63,119 nt of DNA, filler included, from Octopus bimaculoides (GCF_001194135.2; 6 parts of 6 records of this genome joined end to end with filler, not necessarily neighbours in it), one strand, 5' to 3'; shown: positions 24,737-37,410, numbered from the whole stretch's first letter. Translations and numbers: made by a program. The notes: generated by a model from the letters alone, not told the origin.

Positions 24737-24919
24737 TTCATACATGCAGAGGTACATACACACTCACTTATGCATGTATATGTGCTCAGGCATGGCTGTG
24801 TGGTAAGAAGTTTGCTTTCCAACCACATGGCTTCGAGTTCAGACCTATTGCATGGTAGCGTGGGCAAGAGCCTTCTACTATAGCTCCGAGTGAAGCAAAT
24901 CCTTGTGAATGATGATGAT

Positions 24920-24973
<54 letters not shown>

Positions 24974-25055
24974 CAATTGCAGCGTGGAAGGTGTTTATAA
25001 GCCATTTAAAATAACACACAAAATCCGTTAGATTCACTTCAACATTTAAATTTAA

Positions 25056-25106
25056 TTTGTCAAAATATTTTCGTCGCTTTGAGACCGCGACCTGTTCACT
25101 GACAAA
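25056..25106 (-). ncRNA. Second copy of the G3:C8 hammerhead-like motif (within family F copy 24970-25120)
   Basis: Minus: TTTGTCA-GTGAACA-G-GTCGC(GGTCTCAAA)GCGAC-GAAAATATTT-TGACAAA. Differs from the 17.8 kb copy only in loop II. Confidence 0.7.
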
Positions 25107-25119
25107 ATTCTGTGCTGCA

Positions 25120-25153
<34 letters not shown>

Positions 25154-25156
25154 TTT

Positions 25157-25561
25157 AGAGGACGTGTCGTCTGACTAGGCAAGGTAGGCAGTGCCTATTC
25201 TGAATAAAATAGATCGATAGCAACATTTATGGCAAATATGCACATAATTTAATAAGACTATGAAGGTTACTCTGATTACTAGGCATAAAATACAAAATAT
25301 TTCATTTGTTTGTGGATTAGGTAGACATAACTCGCCCCTGCCTTTCAATCTCACCATTAAAGCTACGCATGGTACTGCTGTACTACACGTGCTGCGTACA
25401 TTCCTACAACAACGCTTTCTTTACTCGCTATAAAGGCAGAAGGAAATCTACCTCTAACTCAGTCGCGCACCTGTGTTTTGCTTATTTTTCTTTGTGTGTG
25501 TTTTACTACATAAACGTTACCAACTGCCTACCCTGAGTAATTACTGACGGTACGTGCCTGA
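25157..25561. mobile_element. Non-autonomous DNA transposon with imperfect TIRs (hAT/Tip100-like by inference)
   Basis: Left GGACGTGTCGTCTG...GGTAGGCAGTG versus right reverse complement GGCACGTACCGTCAG...GGTAGGCAGTT. No clean TSD. Confidence 0.45.
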
Positions 25562-26656
25562 TATATACATATAAGTAAAAGGCATGAATATCACAGAATC
25601 TCTTCAATCATCTAGTCACCCACCTTTGTGTACAGATAGATCTTTTTGCTCCATTCGGTCCACAAACAACCATAGTTAACATCCTTCATAATCGATCCGT
25701 ACTTTTTAATGAAATTTTCGCAGTTTGGTTTTGGTATAATTCGGGTAAATTTTAATAGAAACTATATTCTCGGTGCCATAAAGACAAGTTCACCACTTCC
25801 ACCAGCGTGCTCATAACAATAAAGTACAGGAATATATAGTACAAAGCATTTTGTCCGACGCTCCAACATTTCTGCTGATGTACCACCTAGAGGTGGTATT
25901 TCTTTTTGCCGGACCTGGAAGGTTAGTTGAGCTCCACAGATCTTGAACTAAGAAGGGAATAAACCAGAACAATTACGTTAAAGCGCTTTAACTATTCTTC
26001 CTATTCGACGGCTATAGATATTTAAATGCTCTGTTCGTGTGATGAAATGTCAACCTTATTTAGCTCAAGGTTTGCAGTGACTGAGCAGATTTATGAGCAA
26101 GACAATCCAGCCATGGTCATCCTATCGTATATTTGGACATAATATTCTTTCAAATTTTGATACCAAAGCTAGTATTTTTGAGAGGTGAGGCAATTCGATT
26201 ACTTCGATACCAGAACTTGACTAGTACATTATTTTATCGATCCCGTAGGAATGAAAAGCAAAGTTGACCTCGGCGGAATTTGAAATCAGTAAGCAGCTAA
26301 GTCGGAAGAAAGTTTGTCCTACACTTTAAAAACATTTTCTGTAGCAAATTCAAAACAACTGTATTTCATAAATGATAATTAACCTAATTAACCTGTTATT
26401 TTGTTGTTTTTACATCCATTGTCCCCTTTTGACCACCTCATTATCGTCCCCATATATTTTCAGCGCCCCCACCCACCCACCAGATCGTTACACCGGCCCT
26501 CAGAGAGTCAGTACCAACAACTTTGGGGAAAACTGGTCTACTAGATCCTACTTTCACACGACTCTGTCCTTCAAAGTTCTAATCCGGCCTCGACTGATTT
26601 TCTATTTCAAATATCCTATCCTCTCTCATTCGCACTGTTATTATATTATACGATTA

Positions 26657-26865
26657 AGGTGGCGAGCTGGCAGAATCGTTAGCACGCCGGGCGAAATGCT
26701 TAGCGATATTTCGTCTGCCGCTGCGTTCTGAGTTCAAATTCCGCCGAGGTCGACTTTGCCTTTCATCCTTTCAGGGTCGATAAATTAAGTACCAGTGAAA
26801 CACTGGGATCGATGTAATCAACTATTCCCCTCCATCTAAAATGTCAAGCCTTGAGTAGAAAGGAT
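26657..26865 (+). mobile_element. SINE family C
   Basis: GGTGGCGAGCTGGCAGAATCGTTAGCACGCCGGGCGAAATGCTTAG...GAGTTCAAATTCCGCCGAGGTCGACTTTGCCTTTCATCCTTTC.GGGTCGATAAATTAAGTACCAG. Confidence 0.9.
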
Positions 26866-26876
26866 TATATTACACG

Positions 26877-27640
26877 ATTAATCTCTTAACATACACATTT
26901 TTTTTTAAATTTTCCATGCAAAAAATATATTTTTTAAAATTATTTATTTTGAATCTGTATATAAGGAAGAATCAGTACACAAATTATTTTGGATCAGTTA
27001 TGATTTATTATGAAGTTACTGACACCTCAACTTTCATGAAATTTTTATCTCAAATTATCTCGGCTTTTTGATTTAAAATAATAATAAAAATGATGAAATA
27101 GCTGAAATTACCAAGAAATCTCATGCTTTCTTAGAAGCCTTGAGTCTTATGATACATTTTGAAACAAGGAGTAACACAAAGGCTAGCATCACACTCAGGA
27201 CAAAAGTATCTGCTTTCTCTTCGAATCTTCTTTCCAGCCGCATCCTTTTTCGAATACACAAACTCTTGACGGTCTCTTCTTCTTTTCAGTTGAAGGAGTG
27301 ATATCTAGGAATTATCTTTCTGTAAGAGGAGCCAAGGTGGGGGTTTCTTTCCAGAGTATCCTCGCTTGGGAGTTGTTATACTTCGTAGGTTTTCTTGCAG
27401 GATCTTCTCAATCACTTGAATCCTAAAGTGCAAAGGCTTTTTCGCTCCCTCCGGACATCTTATACAGATTCTAAGCATTCCATAAGGCTAGATCAATGAT
27501 GTGGAAAAATATTTTTCTTATAATACAATTTTCCTCTCTTCCTTGGAATTGGCTAATCAGCCAAATGTTGGTCGACTCTATCTACGCCTCCCATCGTATT
27601 GTTATAATCCATCACTGCTTTGGTTTTCTTTATAGTAACT
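26877..27640 (-). pseudogene. piggyBac transposase C-terminal remnant plus probable right end
   Basis: Minus translation KTKAVMDYNNTMGGVDRVDQHLAD*PIPRKRGKLYYK/KIFFHIIDLALWNA*NLYK contains the PGBD DYN..MGGVD..DQ motif. A possible TTAA end lies near 26877. Confidence 0.85.
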
Positions 27641-27761
27641 CATTTTTTCTCGACTTCAATCATCTCTGAATTATGAACGGTAACATATATTTTCGTTCAA
27701 ATATATATTTACGAGACATCACTGATCGAAAATATACAGGATAATATGTTAAGAAAATAAA

Positions 27762-28055
27762 GCGGCGAGCTGGCATAGACGTTAGCACGCCGGGCGAAAT
27801 GCTTAGCGGTATTTCGTCTGCCGCTACGTTGTGAGTTCAAATTCCGCTGAGGTCGACTTTGCCTTTCATCCTTTCGGGGTCGATTAAATAGGTACCAGTT
27901 ACGCACTGGGGTCGATATAATCGACTTAATTCCTTGTTTGTCCCCTCTGTGTGTAGCCCCTTGTGGGCATTAAAGAAGTAAGAGACATTAGCACGCCGGG
28001 CGAGATGCTTAGCAGTCTGTCTTAGCGTCTGTCTTTACGTTTTGAGGTCGACCCG
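27762..28055 (+). mobile_element. SINE family C with partial internal duplication
   Basis: Full copy followed by a second TTAGCACGCCGGGCGA.ATGCTTAGC fragment. Confidence 0.88.
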
Positions 28056-28059
28056 GGGT

Positions 28060-28600
28060 AAATACTGTTGTATGGAGGAGTCAGGATAGAAGAAAGTTAC
28101 CGAAATTACGATGCATGTGGCAGGGTATTTATGTGTCTGGTATCACGTATTGAGGGGAAATCTGTAGTCGTGAGGGGTGGTAGAGTGTACAAAAGTTTAA
28201 AGGTTGGGAAACTTGATAACGTCGGTAAACGGTGTGTGAGAATGTCGATGTGTATCTGATTATTAAGTGGGTAATATTAACACATATTTGTAAAGTTATG
28301 TGTATGCGTGTTAGTAAAGTTGTGGAGGAATTTGTGTGAAATGAGTGAACAAGGAGAACGGAATCATTTGTGTACATCTGTATGGCGTGAAGAAAATCAT
28401 GTAAGAGTGTAAAAAAAACGTCTGTTTAAGGTGTGCGACTGTGAAGCAAAGAGGGAATGGTTGAAGATAGTTTGAGAGGACAAAATTCCAAAGATTCCAA
28501 GATGGGAAAAGAGGCAAAGGAAAATGTGAGACAGCGTATATGCGAGAACGTAAGAAATTGGTCAAAACATTTTGCTTGAGTGATGGAAAATGGCCGACAG
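28060..28600 (+). pseudogene. Highly decayed L1/Tx1-like ORF2 C-terminal region
   Basis: Broken translation (GKRCVRM..., LWR..., W near the end) is loosely collinear with the better-preserved fragment at 32.8-33.2 kb. Confidence 0.4.
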
Positions 28601-28788
28601 AAAGCGGAGGTAAAATTGTTTTTTTTTTTCTTTTCTTTTAAACGTTTTTCAGAAAAAAGTGAACGCTAAAGAAGAAAGCCAGTCCTTCGGGGAAACAACT
28701 TTTGTAGAATAAATATTTTACTGTATATACTAAATTGAGTCTTTTGTTCATTTCACGTTTGTTGCTTTTATAAATTTAAGAAGGTACA

Positions 28789-28912
<124 letters not shown>

Positions 28913-29194
28913 CAGACAGAGACAGAGATAAGTATGTTTATGTTATATATCAAGGAATTTCGAACAAATTGAATTAATATGTAAAATAATGTTAACATTT
29001 TGGAATTTTAACCGTCTTCAATGAAAAGAATCGACGTTGTTTGCCTTGATTATTATTATTTTTAGAATTATTTTGCATTGTGTGAGTGTATGTGTTTACG
29101 TTTAGCAACCTTCATAGTGGCACTTCCAAGACTTCTTTACAGAACCTCTAACTGAAAGTGTAACTAACTGCATGTGAAACTAACTATATATACA

Positions 29195-29340
29195 ACGGGC
29201 TTCTTTCAGTTTCCGTCTACCTAATCCCTCATAAGGCTTTGATCGCCCGAGGCTATGATAGAAGACACTAGCCCAAGGTCCCACGCAGTAAGACTGAACC
29301 TCGAAGTATATGGTTGGGAAGCAAGCTTCTTACCAACTTA
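29195..29340 (-). mobile_element. SINE family B head half
   Basis: Matches the 24590-24736 segment. Confidence 0.8.
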
Positions 29341-29750
29341 TGCCATCATTCATTCATACCTTTGTCCATCTCTGCTGTTGCCAACCAATTCCATCCCAAA
29401 TAACCTTGCACTTACACCATTCTACTGCTCCTTTCGTCCATCAAGCATCCAGGTACTTTTGACGTCATCACGCTCCCTTTTAATTTTCTCTTCGGTCACC
29501 TGAGCATATATACACGTCCTGGGTAATTGAATGCATTCGGCACTTACTTTCCCCACCTCATCCACGTCTAGCTTTGCTTCCAGCATTGCCTTCTTCTGTA
29601 GATTGGGTGCCACGAAATACGCACCCAATACATAAAAGCACAAGGTGTAAAGAGCAAGCAGACTAACTCAAGCCCGCATCAGTTTCTGAAGGCAGCAGCT
29701 CCTAATAGAAGATGAGCTGGAACATGACGGTCTAACCCATGCCAGCTTGG
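29340..29750 (-). pseudogene. Decayed LINE (RTE-like) 3' coding remnant
   Basis: Broken minus translation with W.L...TWM.DGRK-like segments; multiple frameshifts. Confidence 0.35.
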
Positions 29751-30149
29751 AAAATTGACGAAAAGTGACATGAACCCATGTGTTATTGAGTTTCTAATGC
29801 TGTGACTTATCTGTAACTATCTCTCTCTCTCTCTCTCTATGTATATATATGTGTGCGCGCGCACACGCATACACATACTCACTCTCACACACACAGTGTT
29901 CGAGATTTGAGGATTTTTTTATGCTTTCTTTTTCCAGGAATAACTTGATGTATTAATGAATAGTGAACGGCATCACAGGGCACAACAATATTCCTTATGG
30001 CTCCCTTTTAATCTTTAGCATGACTTCTTCTACCTCTATAAACTACTTTGCGTTTTTCAGTAATGACCGGCAACCTTAATGTGTTTCTTTCCAATAAATT
30101 CTGTTCTGAAATGTATTTTGGTTTTAATTTTACCCATAGATTTCACTCT

Positions 30150-30324
30150 TTTATTTCTTTCGCGGTCATGCTCGGGAACACCTTGAAGATTTTTGTCCAA
30201 TGAATCGACGCCAGTTCTTACTTCTAATTCTGATACTTATTCTATCGTTCTCCGTTGTCGATCCACTAAGTAATGTTGGTATAAACAACCAAACGCCGGT
30301 TTTCAAGCTGCACAAAAGTGCACA

Positions 30325-30361
<37 letters not shown>

Positions 30362-30490
30362 TCCGTCGACCAACTTCACTTACAAGGCATTGACCAGCCC
30401 GGGCCTATAGTGGAAGATAATTAGGTGCCGCGCGTTGAGACTGAACTCAAAACCACGTGGTTGCAAAACGAACTTCTTAATTTCACAGCC
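30150..30490 (-). mobile_element. Decayed SINE family B
   Basis: Recognisable head (AACCACGTGGTT), core and tail with an internal (CA)n. Confidence 0.7.
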
Positions 30491-31039
30491 ATGCGTGCAT
30501 GTGTTAGGGATGTTTAGTTTATTATTTCGTTCTCACCTATCCTTTAATATTGTTTTTAAACCAATGTTCCACTATCTAAAAGCGCATTAACATACCATCT
30601 CTTTTGATTATCTATTTTTTTTTCATTGTTATGCATTGTTCTCTATTAACTCCACTCCCATACCAACACAATGATTTCACCAGTTTTAACAAACAGTAGC
30701 TGCTCCATTTGTCACCCTGATAGTCATTGTATTGAACCAAACCCAACTCCAGCCACATACCTGTTTGATTGTCTTATTGTTAAAAGCAATAGGACAATCA
30801 AATTGAAGAGATGACCTATTTTAACCATTGACTCCTACTCCAGCCTCTCATTTCATCCTTTTGCCATCAGCCTGTTCCTATTTTCGGCCACCTTTGATTT
30901 CTCTCTCTTTTTCTGTTACCCATTGACCCTGTCTTAGCCACCCAGCTACATTGCTCTCTCCCGGCACTTACTCTACAACTAGAATAAATGAGCAGAATGG
31001 AAACACTTTACAAATCTTCTCTGATACTTTCTGATAAAT

Positions 31040-31780
31040 GTGGATTTGGACAAATCGCAGCACATCACCCAGATTATGCTGAGATAAAATTTTCGCTTGG
31101 TTAACAGGTAGCATTAGCATAAGTGGCCCAGCATTTCGGATAGTAGGCTTGACAGACAAGAAATCCGTGAAGTGTACAATCGATTTAAATAGAGTGCTCC
31201 CCCGCCGGTGCGGAAAGAGTTCAGAAATTAGATTAGCGATAAATGGGGAAAGAGTTTCAACGAGTAGGACATGATAGAAAACTAAGAGTTGAGAATTTCG
31301 GCAAAAGTGCTCAAAGCGAGTGCTTGTCGATAGTGTAATAGCGATCCATAAACCTGTGTGATGATCGGCGATGTATCCATGATGTGATACATGTTAGAAC
31401 CAGTCAGTAAGAGCATCTGGCTTTGACAGGGTACTGAACAAGTTGAGTCAGTTTAAAGCTTTCGACATCGTCGACCATCACCACACTGCATCTGTCGTAA
31501 AAACAGTCAGATTCAGTGGCGTCTCTGGGGGCTGGGATGCTACAATGTAGAGCAGCATTTGTTCGGTGGGCAAATAAAACGGCCACCTTCCAGAACTTTT
31601 GACATTGAACACCCTGTTCGTCTCCCCTCTCTTGAGTTGGAACTATTGCCGCAGAAAACAAAAAATTGAAGGGCATCCCACTCGAACTGGATCACAAGAG
31701 ATGTCATCGGTATCATCCGTGTATCAGTATACACAGATGACATTACTTTATTCTCGTGTACACACGCGAACGTATGTGTG
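31040..31780 (+). pseudogene. L1/Tx1-like reverse transcriptase remnant
   Basis: Plus translation fragments LSQFKAFDIVDHH (DQSKAFDRVDH-like), FDIEHPVR..SPL, LKGIP and SVYQYTQ/YTDDITLFS (YADD motif) appear in RT order. Confidence 0.8.
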
Positions 31781-32328
31781 TGTCAGGTCGCTTCTGAACT
31801 CTAATGATAAGAAGTAACTCTGTATAACCCGTTGCATAGTCGGGCTATCGGCAAATCAAGCAGTACTCTCACCAGACTAGTCCGAGGAGGAAGATTGCTA
31901 GATATGCAACGAGACAAAATCAAAAACTTACAAAAAAAAACAAACAAAAAACCTCGGGTCAATGACTACTGTGCTCTACAACAGTGCACAGGAGAGGACT
32001 GATAACATAATATCGGACTTTAAAATCTCTGTTTTCAAAAAAATTCTCTGGAAAAAGTGAATTAGCTTGAGATTCAGCGTGGGAAATTACATCAATATAC
32101 CAAATTTAAAAAAAAAAATATTTCGCTAAACTTTAAAAACAGAAAAGATCCGAGAAAGATAGTTTTTACAAAATTCTAATGTTTTACATACATTCCACTT
32201 GCAATAACAATGTTAGTCACATTTTTCAAATGGACGGAATTTTTTATGATAGATAAGTCACCAGATTAAAATATATACGCCTGAGAATCTGTCAGAAAAT
32301 TACATCTTCAAAGAACAGACACACACAT

Positions 32329-32374
<46 letters not shown>

Positions 32375-32400
32375 ATATATGATAAGAGTTTTAAAGGAGT

Positions 32401-32431
<31 letters not shown>

Positions 32432-32476
32432 TGACAATAATAATAATAATAATGATGATGATGGTGTTGATGGTGA

Positions 32477-33203
32477 TTTTTTTTTGTTTGTCTCTAGGGG
32501 GAAGAATGAGGAATGGGGGCAATACAAACGCAGATATAAAGTGTTGGTGTTTACGCATAATGAAATTATAAAAAAGGAAATTGAAAGGATACACGGTATA
32601 CAATAAAACAGAGCAAGAAAGGGTACATAATATACAACAGTAATACAAAGAAAAAAGATGATGGGGAGGTGGTCCTTCTGATGCAGGAGGACTTTAAGGA
32701 TAATTGAGGAATCCCACTGTCCAAATCTCCCTGAACACCAAGGGTAAGTGCTCTCTCCAATTTCTTCTCTCTGACTCACGTCTACACTTAGATTGGTACC
32801 TTCCATTCCCACCATTTTCGCAACTTTCACTCACATTTCAATAAATTCACTCGAGGACAGCACCTCCCTCTCCGCCCTCACTTTCCTTTTCAAGTGAAAC
32901 TTGAAAAAGCCGAAGAAGGCTCTGCCAAAATGGAATGGCTCTGTCCTCTTGTGTTTCAGCCTTGTCCACCAGATAACTGCTTTCGTACAGCCACCAGGCA
33001 AAGGAAAACTGCTTTACCTGCTCGATTAAAGGAGGGTGGCAGGGCAATCCTCTCTATGGACTTGGCCGATAGACGGATCCGTCCCACACCCGACAGCAGC
33101 TGTTCCACATTACTCTTCAAGTCAGCAATGCCCGGAGACGGAACGGTTTCGTTGCTCTGCGCGCACTTAAGACAAGTCAATCTGACAGCACATCCGTATC
33201 TAG
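32477..33203 (-). mobile_element. L1/Tx1-like LINE 3' end: zinc-finger C-terminus, 3' UTR and A-rich tail
   Basis: YGCAVRLTCLKCAQSNETV..CP-like..ADLKSNVEQLLSGVGRIRLS...AVFLCLVAV, then FFKFHLKRKVRAEREVLSSSEFIE.*VKVAKM. The UTR ends in AAACAAAAAAAA near 32480. Confidence 0.8.
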
Positions 33204-33214
33204 AGTTTATTTCG

Positions 33215-33256
33215 AACCGGTAGCGTGCTAACGTTTCTGCCAGCTCGCCGCCTTAT
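33215..33256 (-). mobile_element. SINE family C head fragment, next to a compound (ACA)n(ATA)n(ATG)n microsatellite at 33257-33410
   Basis: Minus GGCGGCGAGCTGGCAGAAACGTTAGCACGC. Confidence 0.8.
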
Positions 33257-33259
33257 AAT

Positions 33260-33393
<134 letters not shown>

Positions 33394-33427
33394 TGATGAT
33401 GATGATGATGAAGAAAAATGAAAATAC

Positions 33428-34061
33428 AGTAAACACTCAAAGAAAGATACTATCATTGTTAATATTATCTGAGGTGAATATAAGTAATTGATAATAATAA
33501 CAATGATAATATAGGTGGTTCACAGGTTTTTTAATAGCATTATATAGCTATACACTCTTCGAGTGTTTATATTCGAATTTTACCCATAAATATATTCACA
33601 CAGAGGCGAGCTGATTTTGGCACAAAACAAGTCAGAACGCTGATGGAAGTTCAACGTAACGGATTTAGAATTTTCGTCGGTGATTCATGCTGACGAAGGT
33701 TGAGGCCCGAGGGCCAGAACCCGAAACTATGGTACATGAATATCCGAATGACATAATCTTTAATGGTATGTTTTTAGTTGTTTAATTCCTTAACCGTTTG
33801 CTTACCTATTGTTGTCTCTGTCATATTTCAGTGATTTCAGTGGTGGATTTGGGACTTTGAATCCTATTTCTAAACAGGTTTCATGCCTTATGCATCCTTA
33901 AGCTTAGTGCGAATTTTTAATTTTAATGTATAGCTATATAATGCTATTAAAAACCTGTGAACCACCTATATTATCATTGTTATTATTATCAATTACTTAT
34001 ATTTACCACAGATAGTATTAACAATGATAATATCTTTCTTCGAGTGTTTACATTCGAATTT

Positions 34062-34064
<3 letters not shown>
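33428..34064 (+). mobile_element. PLE pLTR or retrozyme-like unit: 481-bp partial tandem with 5' inverted arm and internal hammerhead
   Basis: 33428-33554 is the reverse complement of 33927-34051. A 28-bp direct repeat occurs at 33556-33583 and 34037-34064. HHR at 33683-33741. Confidence 0.8.
33683..33741 (+). ncRNA. Type I hammerhead ribozyme, near canonical
   Basis: ATTCATG-CTGACGA-AGGTT-GA-GGCC(CGAG)GGCC-AG-AACCC-GAAAC-TATG-GTA-CATGAAT. 7-bp stem I (extendable to TCGG/CCGA), GUA cleavage triplet, and stem III ACUAUGGU is self-complementary with GU pairs. Confidence 0.85.
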
Positions 34065-34149
<85 letters not shown>

Positions 34150-34352
34150 CGTATATATGTTTGTATGTATGTGTGTATGTACGTATGCATACATGGGTGT
34201 TTGTATGAGGTTAAATACATAAATACATACATATGTATGATGTTAAATACGTAAATACATGCATATGTAATGCGTACACATGAAAATACAGACCCACACT
34301 TATGCATTCACAAAAGTGCATGTATGGAAGTACTTAAGTTTCNNNNNNNNNN

Positions 34353-34409
<57 letters not shown>

Positions 34410-36076
34410 CGTATATATGTTTGTATGTATGTGTGTATGTACGTATGCATACATGGGTGTTTGTATGAGGTTAAATACATAAATACATACATATGTATGA
34501 TGTTAAATACGTAAATACATGCATATGTAATGCGTACACATGAAAATACAGACCCACACTTATGCATTCACAAAAGTGCATGTATGGAAGTACTTAAGTT
34601 TCTGTGTACACACGTAGTCATATATATCCATGCATACATATATAGAAATACACAAAATAATACACAGATATTAAATAATGCATAGATATTACGACAATGA
34701 TGCTGAATGCTTTAATTGGGACTAAAGAAAGAATGTTCGTACCTGTAACATCTCATTTTGAAATAGTTTGTGGTAGAACGAATGCATTGTCTAATTCTAT
34801 TATGGGTATCCGTATCCTGCATATTTTCTATGACAGTAACACTTAAAGGGACATAGATTGTCAAGTCTACAATTACATCTACATTCTCTGTCTTTCTTAC
34901 TAATTTGACTTAGCGAATGTAATATTTGAATCGATAAAGTTGCAATAGGTACAGCATTATTTTCAATATTGAATAAGGAGAGCTATTATACATGCACTCT
35001 GCGTCATTGCTATCAATACTAAATTTATAACCCTCGAATATGCTATTATTTTGTTTTATGCAAGCATAATTATTCGGTGCACAAACAACATTAGTAACCA
35101 TCTGCATCATCTTATACGGATTAGTTTTAATATCATTCGTATGGCTTCCATTAAAATTATTAATCACAATGATTGATATATCTATATTTATGGATGTAAT
35201 ATTAGCAGCAGAAAATATATTAGGTTTTCGTATATAGACACACGCACGCACGCACACACACACAATGCACACATACGCACACACACACATAGATAGATAG
35301 ATACATACATACATGCATGCATACATACATACATGCATACATACATACATACATACATACATACATACATACATGCATATATATTACCCAATGCTTTTTT
35401 GTTCAATTCATATATTTTTTACAGAGCAAGATTTCACATGGACATCCAATTTTCGACTTGTTCGATGTTATTTGATGACGGCGAAAAAGCCAAAACTTCG
35501 AAGTCACGATCAAACTTTTGTTACACACACGCGCGCACACATTGATATATATATAATTTATATATATACACACACACATACAGATATGTTTATATAGATG
35601 TCTATCGCACATATAAACACGCGCACATGCAAATCGACGTATACACACTAATATACACATATATGTGTATATATTAACTTCTTACGAAAGGATATCATCC
35701 ACCAAACGCGCTTACATCTACACTCACACGCAAATACATATACATGCATGCACACACACGCGCACACAGACATACAAGCAGATAATTACAAGCCACTCTT
35801 ATTTTTCCTGCGTTGAGGCCCGGGTGCAGAAGTGTGCAAGGTGTGGTCGTGCATGTCGTTGGAAGAGGGTTAATTATTGATGTTACCTATACCCTGAGGA
35901 CACAGGTACGCGTTAAGATGGCGAGGAGTCGACGAAGTTAAATCCTGGAGCTGATAAGGAAGCGGAAGTAGGTGGAGTATAAAGACGAAAGCTAAATATA
36001 TCCCAGTTTGCGTGTAAATGTTATGTATATGTATGTATCTATGTGTGCAGACTTACACATGCAGAGTTTTAAGCTA

Positions 36077-36121
<45 letters not shown>

Positions 36122-36794
36122 GTGTGTGTGTATGTATATATGAATGTATATGTATATATGCATACATACACATATTTATATATACACACATAGAGGCGTG
36201 CGTTGAATCGTTTTGCGTATGTGTAGGAGAATAATTACGTATATATATTTAATGAATTAAGAGGTCAAATGATGTAAACAACGATATCAAATAATTTATA
36301 TATATATGTATGTGTATAGTACAATATAAAATACCTATATAGATGTATATACATACATCTACATTCACATATTTATATGTATGTATGTATGGACGTATAN
36401 NNNNNNNNNNNNNNNNNNNNNNNNNNNNNNNNNNNNNNNNNNNTTAATTAATTAANNNNNNNNNNNNNNNNNNNNNNNNNNNNNNNNNNNNNNNNNNNNT
36501 TGTCCTTTTCAAGAAACCATTCGAAACCATCAAAAACCAGAAATAATAATTATTTTTTCACTCCCTTTTACGCGTTTTGCTTCTTGGCGATGTTATTACA
36601 ACATGTACACTATTCTGACACCAACTTACCTTCAAGAAAAAAAAAATGAAAAACAGAGACGCATCTCTTTCTATGACGTACATACACTGACACATACATA
36701 TATTACATACATACATATGTATATACATACGTACACAGTACATATATACTTACATGTATATGTGTGTATGTATGTATATATATTTATATATATG

Positions 36795-36841
<47 letters not shown>

Positions 36842-37184
36842 ATCTATGTGTATCCTTGTTTCTGCAGGCCCACACACATGTGCGTTCTCATGACATTCTT
36901 GCGTGTATATGTCTGTTTGTCTGTTGTATTTCTGTATTTATGTCCGTGTGTTTTGTGGTTTATCGAGCTGAGAGTTTAGGAAAAAAAAAAAGAAAGGCAA
37001 AAACAGAAAGACCACACGCTACTTATACATATTAAGCCGACATATTTCTTCTTCTTCTTAGTTCGCTTTCTTCATCATTCTCATCTTCATCATCATCATT
37101 GTCATCAACATCATCTTCATCATCATCATCATCATCATCGTTGTCGTCTGCATCGTAGTCATTGGTGTCGTCGTTCGTCCCGCA

Positions 37185-37380
37185 GCCATCACTTGACAAC
37201 CGATGCTGGTGTGTTTATGTCCCCGTAATCTAGCGGCTCGGTGAAAGAGGAATGGATAGAATATGTACTAGACTTAGAAAAGAGCGAGTCCCGGGGTCGA
37301 CTTCTTCGACTGTAACCCCTTCAAGGCGGTGCTTCAGCATGGCCGCATTCAAATGGTTCAAACAAATAAACGAATAACAG
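37185..37380 (+). mobile_element. SINE family B tail half
   Basis: CATCACTTGACAACCGATGCTGGTGTGTTTA...GGCGGTGCTTCAGCATGGCCGCA. Confidence 0.8.
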
Positions 37381-37410
37381 AATCTCTTTATGCATATATA
37401 CAAGTATATA

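Noticed and set aside
32956-33203. Apparent host exon bounded by AG and GT on the minus strand
   Set aside because: The reading continues, with frameshifts, into a Tx1-like ORF2 C-terminus and 3' UTR, so it is a LINE remnant.
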